Shown here one piece after another: positions 1 through 15,976 of a DNA stretch of 64,000 bases. The notes below the pieces were generated by a model. It was not told the origin of the DNA. It did no database searches and saw nothing but the letters and a program-made list of their open reading frames with translations. How positions within the stretch are numbered: position 1 is the stretch's first letter; the number at the start of each line of letters is the position of its first letter. The position numbers and the translations under genes were made by a program. Source of the DNA: Eledone cirrhosa (lineage: Eukaryota); contig CAXHJY010001750.1 of NCBI GenBank assembly GCA_964016885.1, positions 124,057 through 188,056 of the forward strand. The letters run 5' to 3'.

Positions 1-899
1 CCCCAAAAAAGCCTCTGGTTCTATGAAACAAAGCCACCCATTTTGAAAGATTCATATTTAAATTAACAGCTCCCTCCCCTCAACATATCTGACATAAGAA
101 ACTTTTGTTAATCCTTTAGCATTTACACTACTCTGTATTTACTATTGTATTTTCACAGTAAACACTTTATCTCACATAACATCAAACCTACAAGATTTTG
201 ATATTAATTTTGAGAACAATACCTTAACATAAATATAAGCAGCCACTTATAGCCAGTTTGAACAGAAAAAGATGAGAGAATTCTGGCTAGACATGGCCGG
301 TTTAAATACTAAATACCCTCTACATAATTCTCTCTAACATTTAACAAGATCAGCAATTTGTGGAGAGAGGAAGTCAGTTGTATTTTACTGGTACTTTTTA
401 TCGATACCAGAAAGATCAAAAATAAAATTGATCTCAGAGGGATTTGAACAACCAAATCTGTCATTTTAATAATGAAATAATTTATAATTTTAGTAAATCC
501 GCCCAGCTTCATTAACAAATTCAAATGCAGTATAGTTCACTAGAAATACGGTAATGAAAGGGTTAAATTAACAAGCCAAATTTGAAACAGTAGCCTTTTA
601 TTCCTATACACTGAGAAACATGCTGCTTTAATAGACACTAAGGGGTGTCCCACTCCTAATGGTCTAACAGTAGATTGAACACCAAGTCCCTATGTAGTAT
701 AACTGGGTGGGTGGTCTAGGAGATGACAACTCTGAGCATAAGCACCCCACTACCTTTGAGTGCCTGTGTGTAGAGGCAAAGGCTAATGGAGTCAACCCCA
801 AGAGTGAATAAGGTCAGAAGAGAAATCGGGCCCCACCAACCATATGCATCACCAAGAGAATATGAAGGCACAAAATATAATTAGAAGAGAGGATATATT

Positions 900-2285
900 C
901 AGATCTTAAGAAATTTTCATATGCCTGAGTTTGGTAAAATATCTTTCTGTTAATGCTATTGTAGCTGGAATTGTCAACAATATTCTTAAACTAACACTAA
1001 CATTTGAAAATATCTCACAATGTTTGTAATTAGATACTTAACATCCTGTAATGATTTAGCCAGGTTTGTTAATTCAAATGTTTACAGTATCTTTATTGGT
1101 AGAGAAATCATTGTGAAAATGTTCAGAATTAGAGTAAATTTTAATTGTTTCTACTTTTGGCACAAGGCCAGCAATTATCCAGTGCATTACTGGTACTTTA
1201 TTTTATCGACCCCGTAAGGATGAAAGGCAAAGTTAACCTCGGCGGGATTTGAACTCAAACCATAAAGGGGCGTAACTCTTTGCTGCAAAGCATAGCGTCA
1301 GACCCTCTACCGATACTGCCAATCCAGTAAATTTTAATGTGATGAAGTCAGAACTGTTTTGTTTAGTTATGTCATTGCTTGTTTAAACCAGCTGTATCTG
1401 GCCAGAGTTCTCTTACCTCTTTCTGTTCAAACCAGTTGTAACCGGCTGCTCATACTGATGTTAAGGGATTGTCCTCAAAACAAATAACATCAACATCTCA
1501 TAGATTCAATATTATGTGAGATAAAGCCTTTACCATGAAAATGCTGCAGTACATATAGAGTAATGTAAATGCTAAAGGGTTAAAGCATAATTTTTAACTC
1601 TACAAAATACTTCAGCAATGCTGATATAGTCATTGCCTCCATCTCTCCCCATCTCTTACTATTATAAGAAAATAGGGACCCATGTTCTGGCCGCCCAGCG
1701 GACAGAATAGAGAAGGCATTTCCCCAAAGGACGGTGAGGGATACGCTCTGGAAAAGCTATTCCAGCTCGTGAGGCTCATACCTGCAGGTAGCCAACTCTG
1801 TGTTCTTTACAAAACTATCTTGCTAATAATGCAGTTTCATGTGATGCTGTACATTAAACCCCTTAGCATTTAAACCAGCCATATCCGGCCATAATTCTTT
1901 CACTTCTTTCTATTCAAACCAGCTGTTCATACTTATTTTAAGGTATTGTTCCCAAAATAAATAATATCAAAATCTCATAGATTCAATATTATGTGAGATA
2001 AAGCGTTAACCGTGAAAATACAATAGTAAATATAGAGTAATGTAAGTGCTAAAGGGCTAAGAGTAAATAAATTTAGCACTTGTTAAGGTTTCAATACTGT
2101 TTTTTCTAAAATGTAGTAAATGCTGCATTTCTCTTGTAAAATCTTCACCATTAATGTCAGTAGGAGATTGATTTGCTAAGTCTTTCGTTATTTTTTTCTA
2201 ACTTACTTTCAGACAATGTACGATATCTCCACAAGAAAAAATTTTTAGACAACCGCCTAACATTAATCTTGCAATAACATTATCA
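900..2285 (-). mobile_element. Fragmented hAT transposase relic (C-terminal dimerization region)
   Basis: About 915-1020 (-) reads CEIFSNVSVSLRILLTIPATIALTERYFTKLRHMK, matching the hAT dimerization consensus (FPN...LRILLTIP.T.A..ER.FSKL). About 2100-2285 (-) reads FLWRYRTLSESKLEK..DLANQSPTDINGEDFTREM. Interrupted by SINE and MITE insertions. Confidence 0.7.
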
Positions 2286-5200
2286 ATCAAAACATAAAAC
2301 ACAGATTTTCTTAAGTAGACCACTTCTGGCATTTCACCAAGTTGGCATCAGATGTGTCATTGTACACTCTTTTCTTTCGACTCATGCCTCCACAGCCCAT
2401 TGAAGACTTTGATTTCCATTCCAAAACATGCAGGTGTCTATATATAAATTGCTGCGTTTCTGTCACAACACGTAAAGAGAGAGAGTTTGACTACCTTGTA
2501 CTACTCCTCTCTCTTTGTCTGCTGCTTGCATGAATGTATGTGTTTGTTTGTGTGAATGTATTTGTAAGTGTGTCTGTGTTTGCGCGTTTATATTTATATA
2601 CTCATACATATAAATGTATGTATATACACACTGCACATACACACCCATACACACATACGTGTCAGGGTATGGAAAAAAACTGCATTTAAGTATGAAATGT
2701 GTATGAAGGGAACTACAAATGGAAAGGATATTGAGCTGGATCTTGGGAATAGTTTGAAGATGGACTAAGTGAAAATATTTTGTTACCTTGAAGATATATT
2801 GAACAGAGAGGGTGTGTTAGTTTCTGCAAAAGTAGCTAGAGTGAGATGTGCAAGGAAGAAGTTTTTGGAACTGAGTAGTGAGCTAATGAGGCAGGGAGTG
2901 TTGCTGAAACTGCAGAGAGAAGTATCATTAAGTCCCAGTTTCAATCTCACTGCATGCCATCTTGGGCCAATGTCAACCCATGCCTTGTGATTGAAATTGG
3001 GTAGATGGAAACTGTCTGAAAACTGTCAGATGAACTGTACCTGTAATTCAAAGAGTCAGCCTTGTCATGCTCTGTGCCATGCTGAATCTCCCTGAGAATT
3101 ACATTACAATTTACAACTGGGTCTCATTTGGTGATTTGGAAAATAACATCTATCAAAACTCAAAGATGTCACAAGCTCTCTTATTGAGATGTCATAACCA
3201 GAGACTCTGGTATCAATGTCCAGCATCTTGGTAATGTAATGGATGACAGACCTACGTGGTTTGGAAACCAACATCTGTTAAAAGTCAAACAGTTCGCAAG
3301 CTCTCCTATCCAGAGACGCTGGTGTTTATGTCCAGGATCTACACAATGCAATACACGACAGACCTATGTGGAGATCTATCGTTGAAACGATTTCAGCTGA
3401 GACCGCAAGATGCTACATGACTTTAACCATCATTGCACCACCAACTACAACTCCCAAAACCAACCAACATGGGAGCCACTACAACATGCTAACAATAGTT
3501 TCACAGTCACCCTCAAATCATACCCCACTGTCTTAGAAAAAACACTTTGGATAATGTGGTCTAGGTTCTTCCTACATAGGAAAAAAATTGGATGTTTCCA
3601 ACTGGAATGTATTTCACCAAAAGTCTATTTGATCAGGATTAACCTGGGGCTAAACAGCAACAACAACACTGACCACTATGCCTCTCTATAAGAATTTAAT
3701 CAGGTTACAAGTGTAATAAAAGTTTTTGTGGGGCCAACACCACCACCACCACCAGTTTCCCTGCAAGTCAAAATTTTACAAGTTTAATAGGGGAAAAAAG
3801 GAGAAATTAGACAAGAGAGCAATATCGTCCTTGAGACTAAGAGATTTCAAGTAGATGACGATGGTGGTGGTGGTGGTGGTTTATAACAAGACATGCTGTT
3901 GGGGTCTTAAGAGAGGGGCTGACTAGACAGATAGATAAGAAGAGGGGCAGAGTGAGTGAGATAGAAATACACAGAGAGAGTGTGTGAGGGTAGTCACAGA
4001 AAATTGGGTGTGGTGAGATTCTGAGAGGGACAGAGTACAAAAAAAGAAAAGGATGGGAAGGAAAGAAGTATTAGATAAGGAGGATAGATGTAAAAGGTGT
4101 GGCACTCTGGAAGGTTATATATATATATCATTACTGTTTAACATCCTATTTTTCCACACTTGATGGGTTAGACAGGTCGTCCACGTTATGAGACAGTTTC
4201 GCCAGTTGGCTGAGCCATACCTTGCTCAAACGGAACTGTATTTTGGCTGAGTTTTTTTACAGCTGGATGCCCTTCTTAACACCAACCACGTTTACAGTGT
4301 CGGACTGTACAGATCAGATGACCATGTTTTGCTCATACGGAACTGATTCTGCTTTGGTTTCTATGGTTGGATGCCTTTCCTAATGCCAACTTCATTTACA
4401 GTGTGTACTGGGGGGCTTTTTATCATGGCGCCAAAACAACATTACAGAGTGGGTTGGACGTTTTTATTATCTTTTTAAGTATGGTGTGTGTATTATATAT
4501 ATCATCATCATCATCAGCATGTTGTATAAATTTTCCATGCTTGCATGGGTTAGATGAGGTGTGACCATGTCTTGCTTGTATGCTTCATTTTGGCTTGGTT
4601 CCAACGGCTGGATAACCTCCTTAATGCCAACCACTTTACAGCATGCACTGTGAATATTTTATCATGATTGACATTACCACCTTATAGGGTGGACTGGATG
4701 CTTTTTGTTTTTCATGGCACCAACACACATAAATACATATGTATAATTATATATGTATGTATGTGTGTGTATATATATAGAGAGAGAGGGGGGGGGGGGA
4801 GTTAAAAAACAGAGGAGTGCAAAAGAATCAGGAAGTGAAGTATGGCAAAAACACACAAGAGAAACTAGAAAATTTAAATAGACAATCTAATTAATAATTA
4901 TATATATATGTATATCAATAAACACACCCTCTAAAGTGGTTGGTGATAAGAGGGGTGAACAGACTCTTCAGTACTGTGAAAGATATGATGACCTCCCTAT
5001 TGCTGGTGTGATTGCATGGCATTCCTCATTCTGAATAGTGTGGGAACATAAGTAAGCGAGAGGGGTCCTGAGAGATCAGTCGTTCCAAGTTTTCAATTAA
5101 GTACTGACTTCATATGTGACTACCCATCCAACCCTTCTTAGTATCCGGCTGTATCCGGCCAGAATTCTCTCGCCTCTTTCTGTTCAAACCGGCCGTAATT

Positions 5201-6004
5201 TGCTACTCATACTTATGTTAAGGTATTGTTCTCAAAATAAATAATATCAAAAGCTCATAGATTCAATATTATGTGAGATAAAGCCTTTGACGCGAAAATA
5301 TAATAGTAAATATAGAGTAATGTAAATGCTAAAGGGTTAAACCATCCAACCAGAAAGTACAAAAGCTGTGTCACTGCCCTTGGTAAGATTTGAACACACA
5401 GTTGGATGTAATGTGCACAACATGACATGCCAGCACACACAACAAATATTTAACATCAACAATAGCAATGTAATGACAATAAGGTGTGAGTAGGTTACTA
5501 TAGTTACATAACTATTTAATAATAGGTTAAACATTACAAAAGGCTGTGTCAGATGTATAAAACAACTTCGGGTAAAGAGGACTCTTGAGTCTTATTCAGG
5601 ACATGACAAACTCACTAGTGCTAATGCCACAATAAAATGTACCAAGAACACTCTGTAAAATGATTAGAGTTAGTCATGGCATCCAGCTATAAAAGGCATG
5701 CCAAATATAGTTGAAAGGACTCTTTAGTCTGGTTGAGGACATGGCAACCTCTCTGGGGTGGGTACAATGATAAAATGCACTTAATACACTATGTAAGTGA
5801 TTGGCAAGGAAGGGATTGCAGCCATAGAAATGATGTCATTATTTCATATTTTCATAGCGGTGGATTGGCAGAGTTTCGGACACCATGCTTCATGACATAG
5901 AGTTATGTCCATTTACCTGCTGAGGTTAGCTTTGCCTTTCATCCTTACGAGGTCGATAAAATAAAGTATCAGTAACGCACTGGGGTTGATTTAATCGACT
6001 TTCC

Positions 6005-6250
6005 CTTCTTCTTTCTTCTATGCCCACATATTCCTAAGAAGGTCATGGAGGCAGAATCGTCAAACATTCCTTCCAGCGGGTGCTATCAGAAGTAACTGTC
6101 TCCAACTGATCCGGCTGGGTCCCCAAGCGAGACCAGACAAGCTCATGGATGTTATTCAACCATCTTGCTCAAGGTCTGCGCGTGGGCCTCTTACCGGTTG
6201 GTTTCGCCAGTAAAATCCATCCAGCAATTCTTTCCTGAGACACTCTGATC
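6005..6250 (-). mobile_element. RTE-like LINE 3' fragment nested in a SINE
   Basis: LLAKPTGKRPTRRP*ARWLNNIHELVWSRLG. Confidence 0.65.
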
Positions 6251-6376
6251 CTCAAAAATTCTTGGCCTTGTGCCTAATTCAGAAACCATTATTTCATATT
6301 CTCTCTTGTTGAAACATGTGCAAGACTAATAAAATGTCTTAAATTTCTTCAGCATTCTTGTGTGAATGTGTCTGCC

Positions 6377-6409
<33 letters not shown>

Positions 6410-6761
6410 CTGTGTGTGTTTTACTGTTGCTTCATTAGATATATATATATATGTGTGTGTATATATATATATATATATTTGTGTGTGTGTATATATATAT
6501 ATATTTGTGTGTGTGTGTATATATATATATTTGTGTGTATATATATATATATTTGTGTGTGTGTGTATATATATATATTTGTGTGTATATATATATATAT
6601 TTGTGTGTATATATATATATATATTACAAATGCACATACATTCACACATTACACATAACACACTAGATAGATATAGTGTGTATGTACATGTAAACCTATG
6701 TGTGTGTGTAATGTTTCCTTACCCAACCCTACTCAACAACAAAATACAATTACCCATTTAA

Positions 6762-6972
6762 CCCTTTAGCATTTAAACCATCCAGAATTCTCTGACCCCT
6801 TTCTGTTCAAACCAGCCATTACCACCCACTCATACTTATGTTAAGGTATTGTTCTCAAAATAAATAATATCAAATTCTTGTAGATTCGATATTATGTGAG
6901 ATATTTATGTGAGATAAAGCCTATACCATGAAAATAAAATAGTAAATATAGAGTAATGTAAATGCTAAAGGG
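6762..6972. mobile_element. piggyBac-type MITE copy
   Basis: TTAA|CCCTTTAGCATTTA...TAAATGCTAAAGGG|TTCA. Confidence 0.78.
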
Positions 6973-7064
6973 TTCACTTAAAACCACAACAGAGTAACAC
7001 TTTGAATCAAACACCTTTCTAAATATATATATATAATATATATATATATATGTATATATATATA

Positions 7065-7143
<79 letters not shown>

Positions 7144-8196
7144 GGTGTCACGACAAAAAAAACACACAGTCCACGCTGTAAATGTGGCCGTGTAGGCAAC
7201 ACGGTAAAAACCTCCCAGCCCCACACTGTAAATGTGGTTGGTGTTAGGAAGGGCATCCAGCTGTAGAAAACCCGCCAGACAGTCCTATGCGAGCAAGACA
7301 ACCACTCTTGCCTCAAGTGGGAAAACTCCCGTCCAAACCCATGCAAGCGTGGAACAGAGACGTTAAACGATGATGATGATGATGATTATATATATATATA
7401 TATATGGCTATGTGGTGAGCGTCTTGGCGTTACACCTATGCACTCACAGAATCATCAGACATCTGATGTTTCTGTAAGTACACAGTTGAAATCCAGAGTA
7501 ACAAGACTCACCACTTCACCATCATAAAGAATATTCAAAATCTACTTCAGTATTGAGTACTCACATTCATCAAGAACATAGGGATACATTTATATATTGA
7601 AAAAGAAATAGTTTAATGCATTCTCACATTCAAATCTTATGTCTCATTGAGTGATTTGTGGGCTGGCCAGGGTTATAAAGATTACTATTCCAATAATTTT
7701 GTTAATATTATATATATATATATTTGCATTGCTTTATTGTGCTACAATAAAACTCACCTCCTACACATATATATATATATATATATAATCATCATCCTTT
7801 AATGTCCATTTTTCCAAGCTAGCATGGGATAGGTGAGTTGTCCTGTTGTGAGAAATGCGAGGTTAGGTGAACATGTCTTGCTCATACAGAACTGATTCTG
7901 GCTTGGTTTCTACAGCTGGATGCCCTTCTTAACACCAGCCATATTTTCAGTAAGTACTGAGTGCTTTTTGTCATGTCACCATCACGACCACTTTATATGG
8001 TGTGGACTGGAGGCATATATATATGCACACAGAGAGAGAGAGAGAGAGGGGGAGCCAGTGCTAAGACCGTGGTTTTTATATCTCTCTCTCTCTTACATCT
8101 ATATATACACACACACACACATATATATATATATATGCATTCATGGCATATTTAAGTAATTTATACACAATGCAGTGTCTTATGTTATTCTGGTAT

Positions 8197-8227
<31 letters not shown>

Positions 8228-8630
8228 GCACACACACATTACTAGAACAATAAGAGACTGCAAGTGTGAGGTACCAAAAGTTCACCTTCAGTGTATATAA
8301 ATTAATATATGCCATGTAACAACAAGGTGTGTGTATGTGTGTTGTGATGTCATGCTGACTCCTTGAAAAGATAAGCTTAATGTCTTGTATATCTCAGTGC
8401 CTTGTTACATTACAGATAGACTAGGTGCAGCTGGACGCAGTAAGTATTGCTGGTGTCTTGTTATCTTAGAAGATTTGGCAACATAAGTGACATAACTAAA
8501 ATTGTTTGAGGAGTCCTGCTTTTATACGACAGAAAAAAATACTTGACTGACTGCAGCTGGTTTGAACACGTAACCACATGTACTGGTTGCAGTGGCAGCA
8601 TCACAACTTCACTATCATTGCATGTGTGTG

Positions 8631-8668
<38 letters not shown>

Positions 8669-8674
<6 letters not shown>

Positions 8675-8771
8675 TTCTCCAAAAAATGTATACACACTTC
8701 AACAGCAATCAAATAAATATTGCATGTATACAGGTAATCAAAGTGTGTATACATTTTGGGGGGACACCCTG
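8669..8771. mobile_element. Tc1/mariner-type MITE (~100 bp)
   Basis: AGGGTTTCTCCAAAAAATGTATACACACT...AGTGTGTATACATTTTGGGGGGACACCCTG|TA. Confidence 0.7.
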
Positions 8772-10199
8772 TATATAGATAACTAATAATATATTTCTTC
8801 ATTGTACTGTGTCGTTTGCTTTGTTATTTCTGTTTACCTTTTACACATATATATACACACACGTATAGATATATATGCATACATATATACACACACATGC
8901 ATATATGTAAGTATATACATAAGTATAGACATCTGTACATAATTCTATGCACTTTTGATGAATCGTAGTGCACCTGGGCACTGTACACAACAATTTCATT
9001 ATTATTATATACATACACATTCACATTAACGATAAGAATCCCAGGTGTTTGATCAACTCAACTGTATTAGAGGTGGATGAATATTCCGCAACCACCTGTT
9101 ATCCTTGGGCAGATTTAGCGTGAGAATGCTAGGCATTTTAAAATAAAAGCACAGCCAGTCCTTCCTGTGAAACTCCACAGTTGCCCCGTCATCTTAATTT
9201 ACAAGGCTCGGGTCGACCAGTGCCTATGTTAAACAGGCAGGGGGCAATGGTGAAACGCTGTGGGATCAGACCCAAGATATTCTGATGCGAAGCGAACTTC
9301 TTAACCGCTCGGTCATGCCTTCTTCTCCCGTACATACATATATACTACATACACCTGATACGATTAAGAGACGATCTATGCAGGTAACTACTAGTAATTG
9401 TGTTTTTGGCGGAATAGACCAATGAAACGGAACTACGGTAAACCGGAAAGATGACGATAATAAAAATTGTGTTTAACAAGGCCAGCAATTGGTAGGGAAA
9501 GGAACAATCATTGAAATCGACTCCAATACTTAACTGATAATTATTTTTATTGATCTCTCAGAAAGATGAAAGGTAAATTTGACCTAAGCGGGATTTGAAC
9601 CTAGAACATAAAGAGCCGTGACTATATACTGCAATTCCGACAACAATAATGATAATAATAATTTCTACTTTTGGCACAAGGCAAGCAATTTGAATGGAAA
9701 GAGAAAGTGGATCAAATCGACACCAGTACGTTACTGGTTCTTTATTTTATCGACCCCGTAAGGAAGAAAGACAAAGTTGACCAGGACAGGATTAGAATTC
9801 AGAGCATCAAGAGAGAGTCGTTAACTGAATAACTGCTATTCCGACGATCTAACAATTACGACGACAACAACAACAACAGCAGCAATAATAATAATGATGA
9901 TGTTGAAAGTGAGAAGCTAGTATTTGAAACACGTCATTTCACAGACACACGTTGGCAACCGACGTGTCCACCATTAAAGTTGGTAGTGAAACAGACAAGT
10001 GCTTTCTTTCATACCTTCTAGTGAAAGAGACATATTTACATACGATATATATATATATATATATATACACATACAATATATACATATATATATACACATA
10101 CAATATATACATACAATATATACATATGATATATATGTACATATATATATTTACGATATATATATACACACATCTCTATGATACACACACACACATATA

Positions 10200-11669
10200 A
10201 TCTACGATATATATACACACACACACATATATATATCGTAGATATATATATATATCGTAGATATATATATATATATCGTAGATATATATATATATATCGT
10301 AGATATATATATATATATCGTAGATATATATATATATATATCGTAGATATATATATATATATATCGTAGATATATATATATATACATATATACTTATATA
10401 TATACATATATACTTATATATATACATCTACGATATATATATACATCTACGATATATATATACATCTACGATATATATATACATATACATCTACGATATA
10501 TATATACATATACATCTACGATATATATATATACATATATATATATCTACGATATATATATATACATATATATATATCTACGATATATATATATACATAT
10601 ATATATATATACATATATATATATCTACGATATATATATATACATATATATATATCTACGATATATATATATACATATATATATATCTACGATATATATA
10701 TATACATATATATATATCTACGATATATATCTACGATATATATATATACATATATATATATCTACGATATATATATATACATATATATATATCTACGATA
10801 TATATATATACATATATATATATCTACGATATATATACATATATATATATCTACGATATATATATATACATATATATATATCTACGATATATATATATAC
10901 ATATATATATATCTACGATATATATATATACATATATATATATCTACGATATATATATATACATATATATATATCTACGATATATATATATACATATATA
11001 TATATATCTACGATATATATATATACATATATATATATACATATATATATATATCTACGATATATATATATACATATATATATATATCTACGATATATAT
11101 ATATACATATATATATATATACATATATATATACATATATATATATATACATATATATATATCTACGATATATATATATACATATATATATATCTACGAT
11201 ATATATATATACATATATATATATCTACGATATATATATATACATATATATATATCTACGATATATATATATACATATATATATATACGATATATATAGA
11301 TATATATATATATATATCTACGATATATATATATATATATACGATATATATATATATACGATATATATAGATATACATATATATATATATATCTACGATA
11401 TATATATATATATATATACATATATATCTACGATATATATATATATATATATATACATATATATCTACGATATATATATATATACATATATATCTACGAT
11501 ATATATATATATATACATATATATCTACGATATATATATATATATACATATATATCTACGATATATATATATACATCTACGATATATATATATATACATA
11601 TCTACGATATATATATATATATACATATATATATATCTACGATATATATATATATACATATCTACGATA

Positions 11670-11700
<31 letters not shown>

Positions 11701-12115
11701 CTACGATATATATATATATACATATATATATATCTACGATATATATATCTACGATATATATATATATACATATATATATATCTACGATATATATATATAT
11801 ACATATATATATATCTACGATATATATATATATACATATATATATATCTACGATATATATATATATACATATATATATATCTACGATATATACATATATA
11901 TATATCTACGATATATATATATATATACATATATATATATCTACGATATATATATATATATACATATATATCTACGATATATATATATATACATATATAT
12001 ATCTACGATATATATATATATACATATATATATCTACGATATATATATATATACATATATATATCTACGATATATATATATATACATATATATATCTACG
12101 ATATATATATACATA
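10200..12115. repeat. (TA)n-based satellite with CTACG/CAT interruptions
   Basis: Repeating atatatacatatatatatctacg units of variable TA length. Confidence 0.95.
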
Positions 12116-12555
12116 CACACGACGTATATATATAGAGAATAAGAGAGGGGATGTAAGAGATAGAGACAGATGGAATAAGAGAGATAGATAGAAAGAGATC
12201 TTATGGGGACTGACTCAATAGAGATTTGTCAATCGCTCACACATTACATAACAATACTAATATAAATGTCCCGTAAGCAAGGCAACGTTCAGCAAGTCAT
12301 TTTTAAATGGTGTCTTAAAGAATCTATGCGTGTGAATGAGACAGACAATATGCCTAAAAACGCTATAATTCACGATCAAACATGAAGAAAATACCATGGC
12401 TTATATATATATATAAATATATATATAGACATACATACACACATATATACATATGTGTGACCATCTGAATAGCCATCACATTTAAGCGTGAATAACTGTT
12501 TTAACATTATATGTATATAATATACGAAAACAACATGGCCCTTCAAATGTGTGTG

Positions 12556-12599
<44 letters not shown>

Positions 12600-12692
12600 A
12601 ACACCCTAACTAGTAAAGCACATCTATATATCTACCAAACTACCTCATTGTATTAATATATATATGTATATACAAAAGCAAAATAGCTCTTC

Positions 12693-12735
<43 letters not shown>

Positions 12736-13666
12736 GACGACATGATATGTTGGTTTAAGATTAACCAACATGTCTGTCTGTCCCTTGCCACCAACGGTTG
12801 CTAAAGACGGATTTGATGGCCAGGGACAGACAATCTGACGGTAGTCAAACACAACATCCATTCCTCACACACGAGCTAATGATACTTTCTCAAATACATA
12901 CATAGATGTGTATGTGTCTATATAAATATATATATATATATACATAAACACACACAAATTTAAGGTATCAAAACAAATCAATTATGTTTGATATTTGTGC
13001 TTCTCAATAGAAAAGCTCTCTCTCTCTAAATATATATACATATATATATTGGGATGCACCCAATGCACTCTGCAATGTGTGTGTGTATGAAACGTTTCGC
13101 TTAGGCGAAATCTCCTTCCACACTTCCATAGGGTAGAGAGGGTTCTTCAGTCGAATCAATGGCTGTCAACTTCCCTAGTCCTGGTGCCACAATAAAACAC
13201 TCAGTGCAATCAGTAAAGTGGTTTGGGTTAAGAAGGGCTTCCAGTCATAGACTCCATGCCAAAAATGGTTGAGAGAAACTTTCAGTCACAGTACAACTAC
13301 CCTTCTAGTGTTGTTGCCATGAATATTACACCCATTACACCATTTAAAGTTGTTGGTGATATGAAGTGCATCCAGCTGTAGAAGCCATGCCAAAAAGAAG
13401 ATGAGAAGATGTTTCAGCTGTATCAATGGTATGACAACCTCTCTAGTCTTGGTACTATGATAAATTCCATCCAGTACAATCTCTAATGTGGTTGTGATAC
13501 ACAAATAGATAGACAGATATCACTATCATCATCATCGATTTATGTCCACTTTTCCAAGCTGGCATGGGTTGAATGAGATGTTTTAAGACAATGTTTTACA
13601 GCCAGATGCCCTACCTGACACCAACCCTTTAATCGACTCTTACAACATAGTGACATGGTGTATCTA

Positions 13667-13712
<46 letters not shown>

Positions 13713-14318
13713 TTAGTGAAGGCTCGTGCCTGAGTGGTTAGAGAATTGAGCAAGGCACTTTATTTCACGTTGCTCCATCTGCCTGGAGTTGCGACCGACA
13801 TAGTATTAGCAAATGGAAAGACCAATGGAAAGATTGTTTCCTTGGTCCAATTTGACGACCTTTATCCCACTCGTTAAGTGAATAAGGTGTGGGATATATA
13901 CATTTTTTTCCTATGCTTACATCCTGCCTCCACATGTTGCATTCCTTAGCCATTTCCTCAATCAGGTTCAGCATTTTGAGATCAGCTATCACAACCTCTG
14001 CTCAGGTCTTTCTCTACTGTTGCTTCCTTCCACTGAAATCTCTTAGCACTTCTGATCCATACACATCAGATGTCTATACCAGCACAATCTTCTTCCTTGC
14101 ACAATACATTTTTTTCCTTTTAAGCCGAGATCTTCTCTCAGTTCATACTAACATTACACATCTAATAGAGCATGCTTGATTCATTAAATTTCAGCCTTTA
14201 CATATCCTCTGCATCCACTATTTATGTGTCACTACCATGCAGTAACACTCTTCACATACAAGCACCATCACTTAGAGAGAAACGGTTTGTCGTCAACACG
14301 AGTAGTAACTCCAGGAAC

Positions 14319-14483
14319 CGATGCCGAATTTACCATTGTGCTTCAGTGTGCTATGGTACAGGGCCCCGTTGGCCAAGAGGAGGGGGGCATCTTCCTGCTA
14401 AAAAAAATCTTTACCTCCTTCCAGGCTCAAGGGGCCTCATAACTTCACTAGCATAGGGCCTCATTATCCTAAATCTGGCAATG
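14319..14483. mobile_element. hAT-type MITE with 8-bp TSD, inserted in an RTE relic
   Basis: CCAGGAAC at 14311-14318 and 14484-14491; degenerate TIRs CGATGCCGAATTTA / TAAATCTGGCAATG. Confidence 0.65.
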
Positions 14484-14829
14484 CCAGGAACCTTTTCCAT
14501 AAAGTTCTCAGTCTAGCTGATATGCTTTCAGAGCAATCTCTTTCCACTTCTAATTAGGCCACCAAGGTAACAGAAGCTATCAAGTACTTCTATGTTAACT
14601 TCCACAAATTGGAAAAGGTTTATTATATATATGATATGTGTGTGTGCGTGTGATTATTTTTCTGAAGAGCCCTGAACAAACAATCGCTTTGCTGGAATAT
14701 CGTGGCTATGTTGTAAGAAAATGAATAAACAATTTATTTACTGTTATAAATCTTGAGTCCTTCCTCCATTGAGGACAACTAAGATCACTAGATCTTAACC
14801 ATATATATATATACACATATACACACACA

Positions 14830-14876
<47 letters not shown>

Positions 14877-15938
14877 ATTCTTTTATTTGTTTTATTCATT
14901 ACACTGCGGTTAAGCTGGAATACAGCCTTGATTCAGTCGATCATATCCACCACAATACTTATTTTATCGATCTTTTTTGTCAAACTGCTAAGTTAGGTTA
15001 CACAAACCTAAGTATAGACACATATATACACACGACGGACTTCTGCTTATTCCCACTCATTCGTTATTGGTCAACTCGAGGCTATAATAGAAGACACTTG
15101 CCCAAGGTACCGCTCAGTGGACTTAAACACAGAACCATATATATATATAAACAAAAGAATGAGTGAATGAAAGTTACAAGCCGTTAAAACATATATATAT
15201 ATATATATATATATACGCACACACATACATAATGGCTCTGTAGACACAAATATACATATATTTAGCGAGAAATAAATACACACACACTCCGATTCTTGTC
15301 ACATTGCGTTTTTTCTATTTTCATTTTTGTTGTTTTTCTAGTGTAATTCTATCCCCAATACTTGCCTGTCTCATCTACATATCCATACGTAACATGTAGA
15401 TGACACAACTAGATGTAGACATACAGCCAGCATAGTCTATATGATATACACACATTCATATATATATGTATATGATATACACGCATTCATATATATATAT
15501 GTATATGATATACACACATTCATATATATATGTATATGATATACACACATTCATATATATATGTATATGATATACACACATTCATATATATATATATATA
15601 TACACATACACACATTCATATATATATATATATATATACACATACACACATTCATATATATATGTATATATATACACACATTCATATATATATATATATA
15701 CATACACACATTTATATATATATATATATATATATACATACACACATTTATATATATATATATACATACACACATTTATATATATATATATACATACACA
15801 CATTTATATATATATATATACATACACACATTTATATATATATATAAAACATACACACATTTATATATATATATATATACATACAATTATATATATATAT
15901 ATACACATACAATTATATATATATATATACATACACAC

Positions 15939-15976
<38 letters not shown>

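Noticed and set aside
10005-10035. Possible 3-nt microexon on - (ctttcactag|AAG|gtatga) in the GRB2 intron
   Set aside because: Such a motif arises by chance and cannot be supported without junction reads.
12376-12400. KPWYFLHV as GRB2 SH2 start (PWF/WY)
   Set aside because: No continuing SH2 similarity, early stop and no acceptor.
14660-14800. CTGAAGAG hammerhead-like start in a TA-flanked island
   Set aside because: No stem II or GAAA; too degraded to call.
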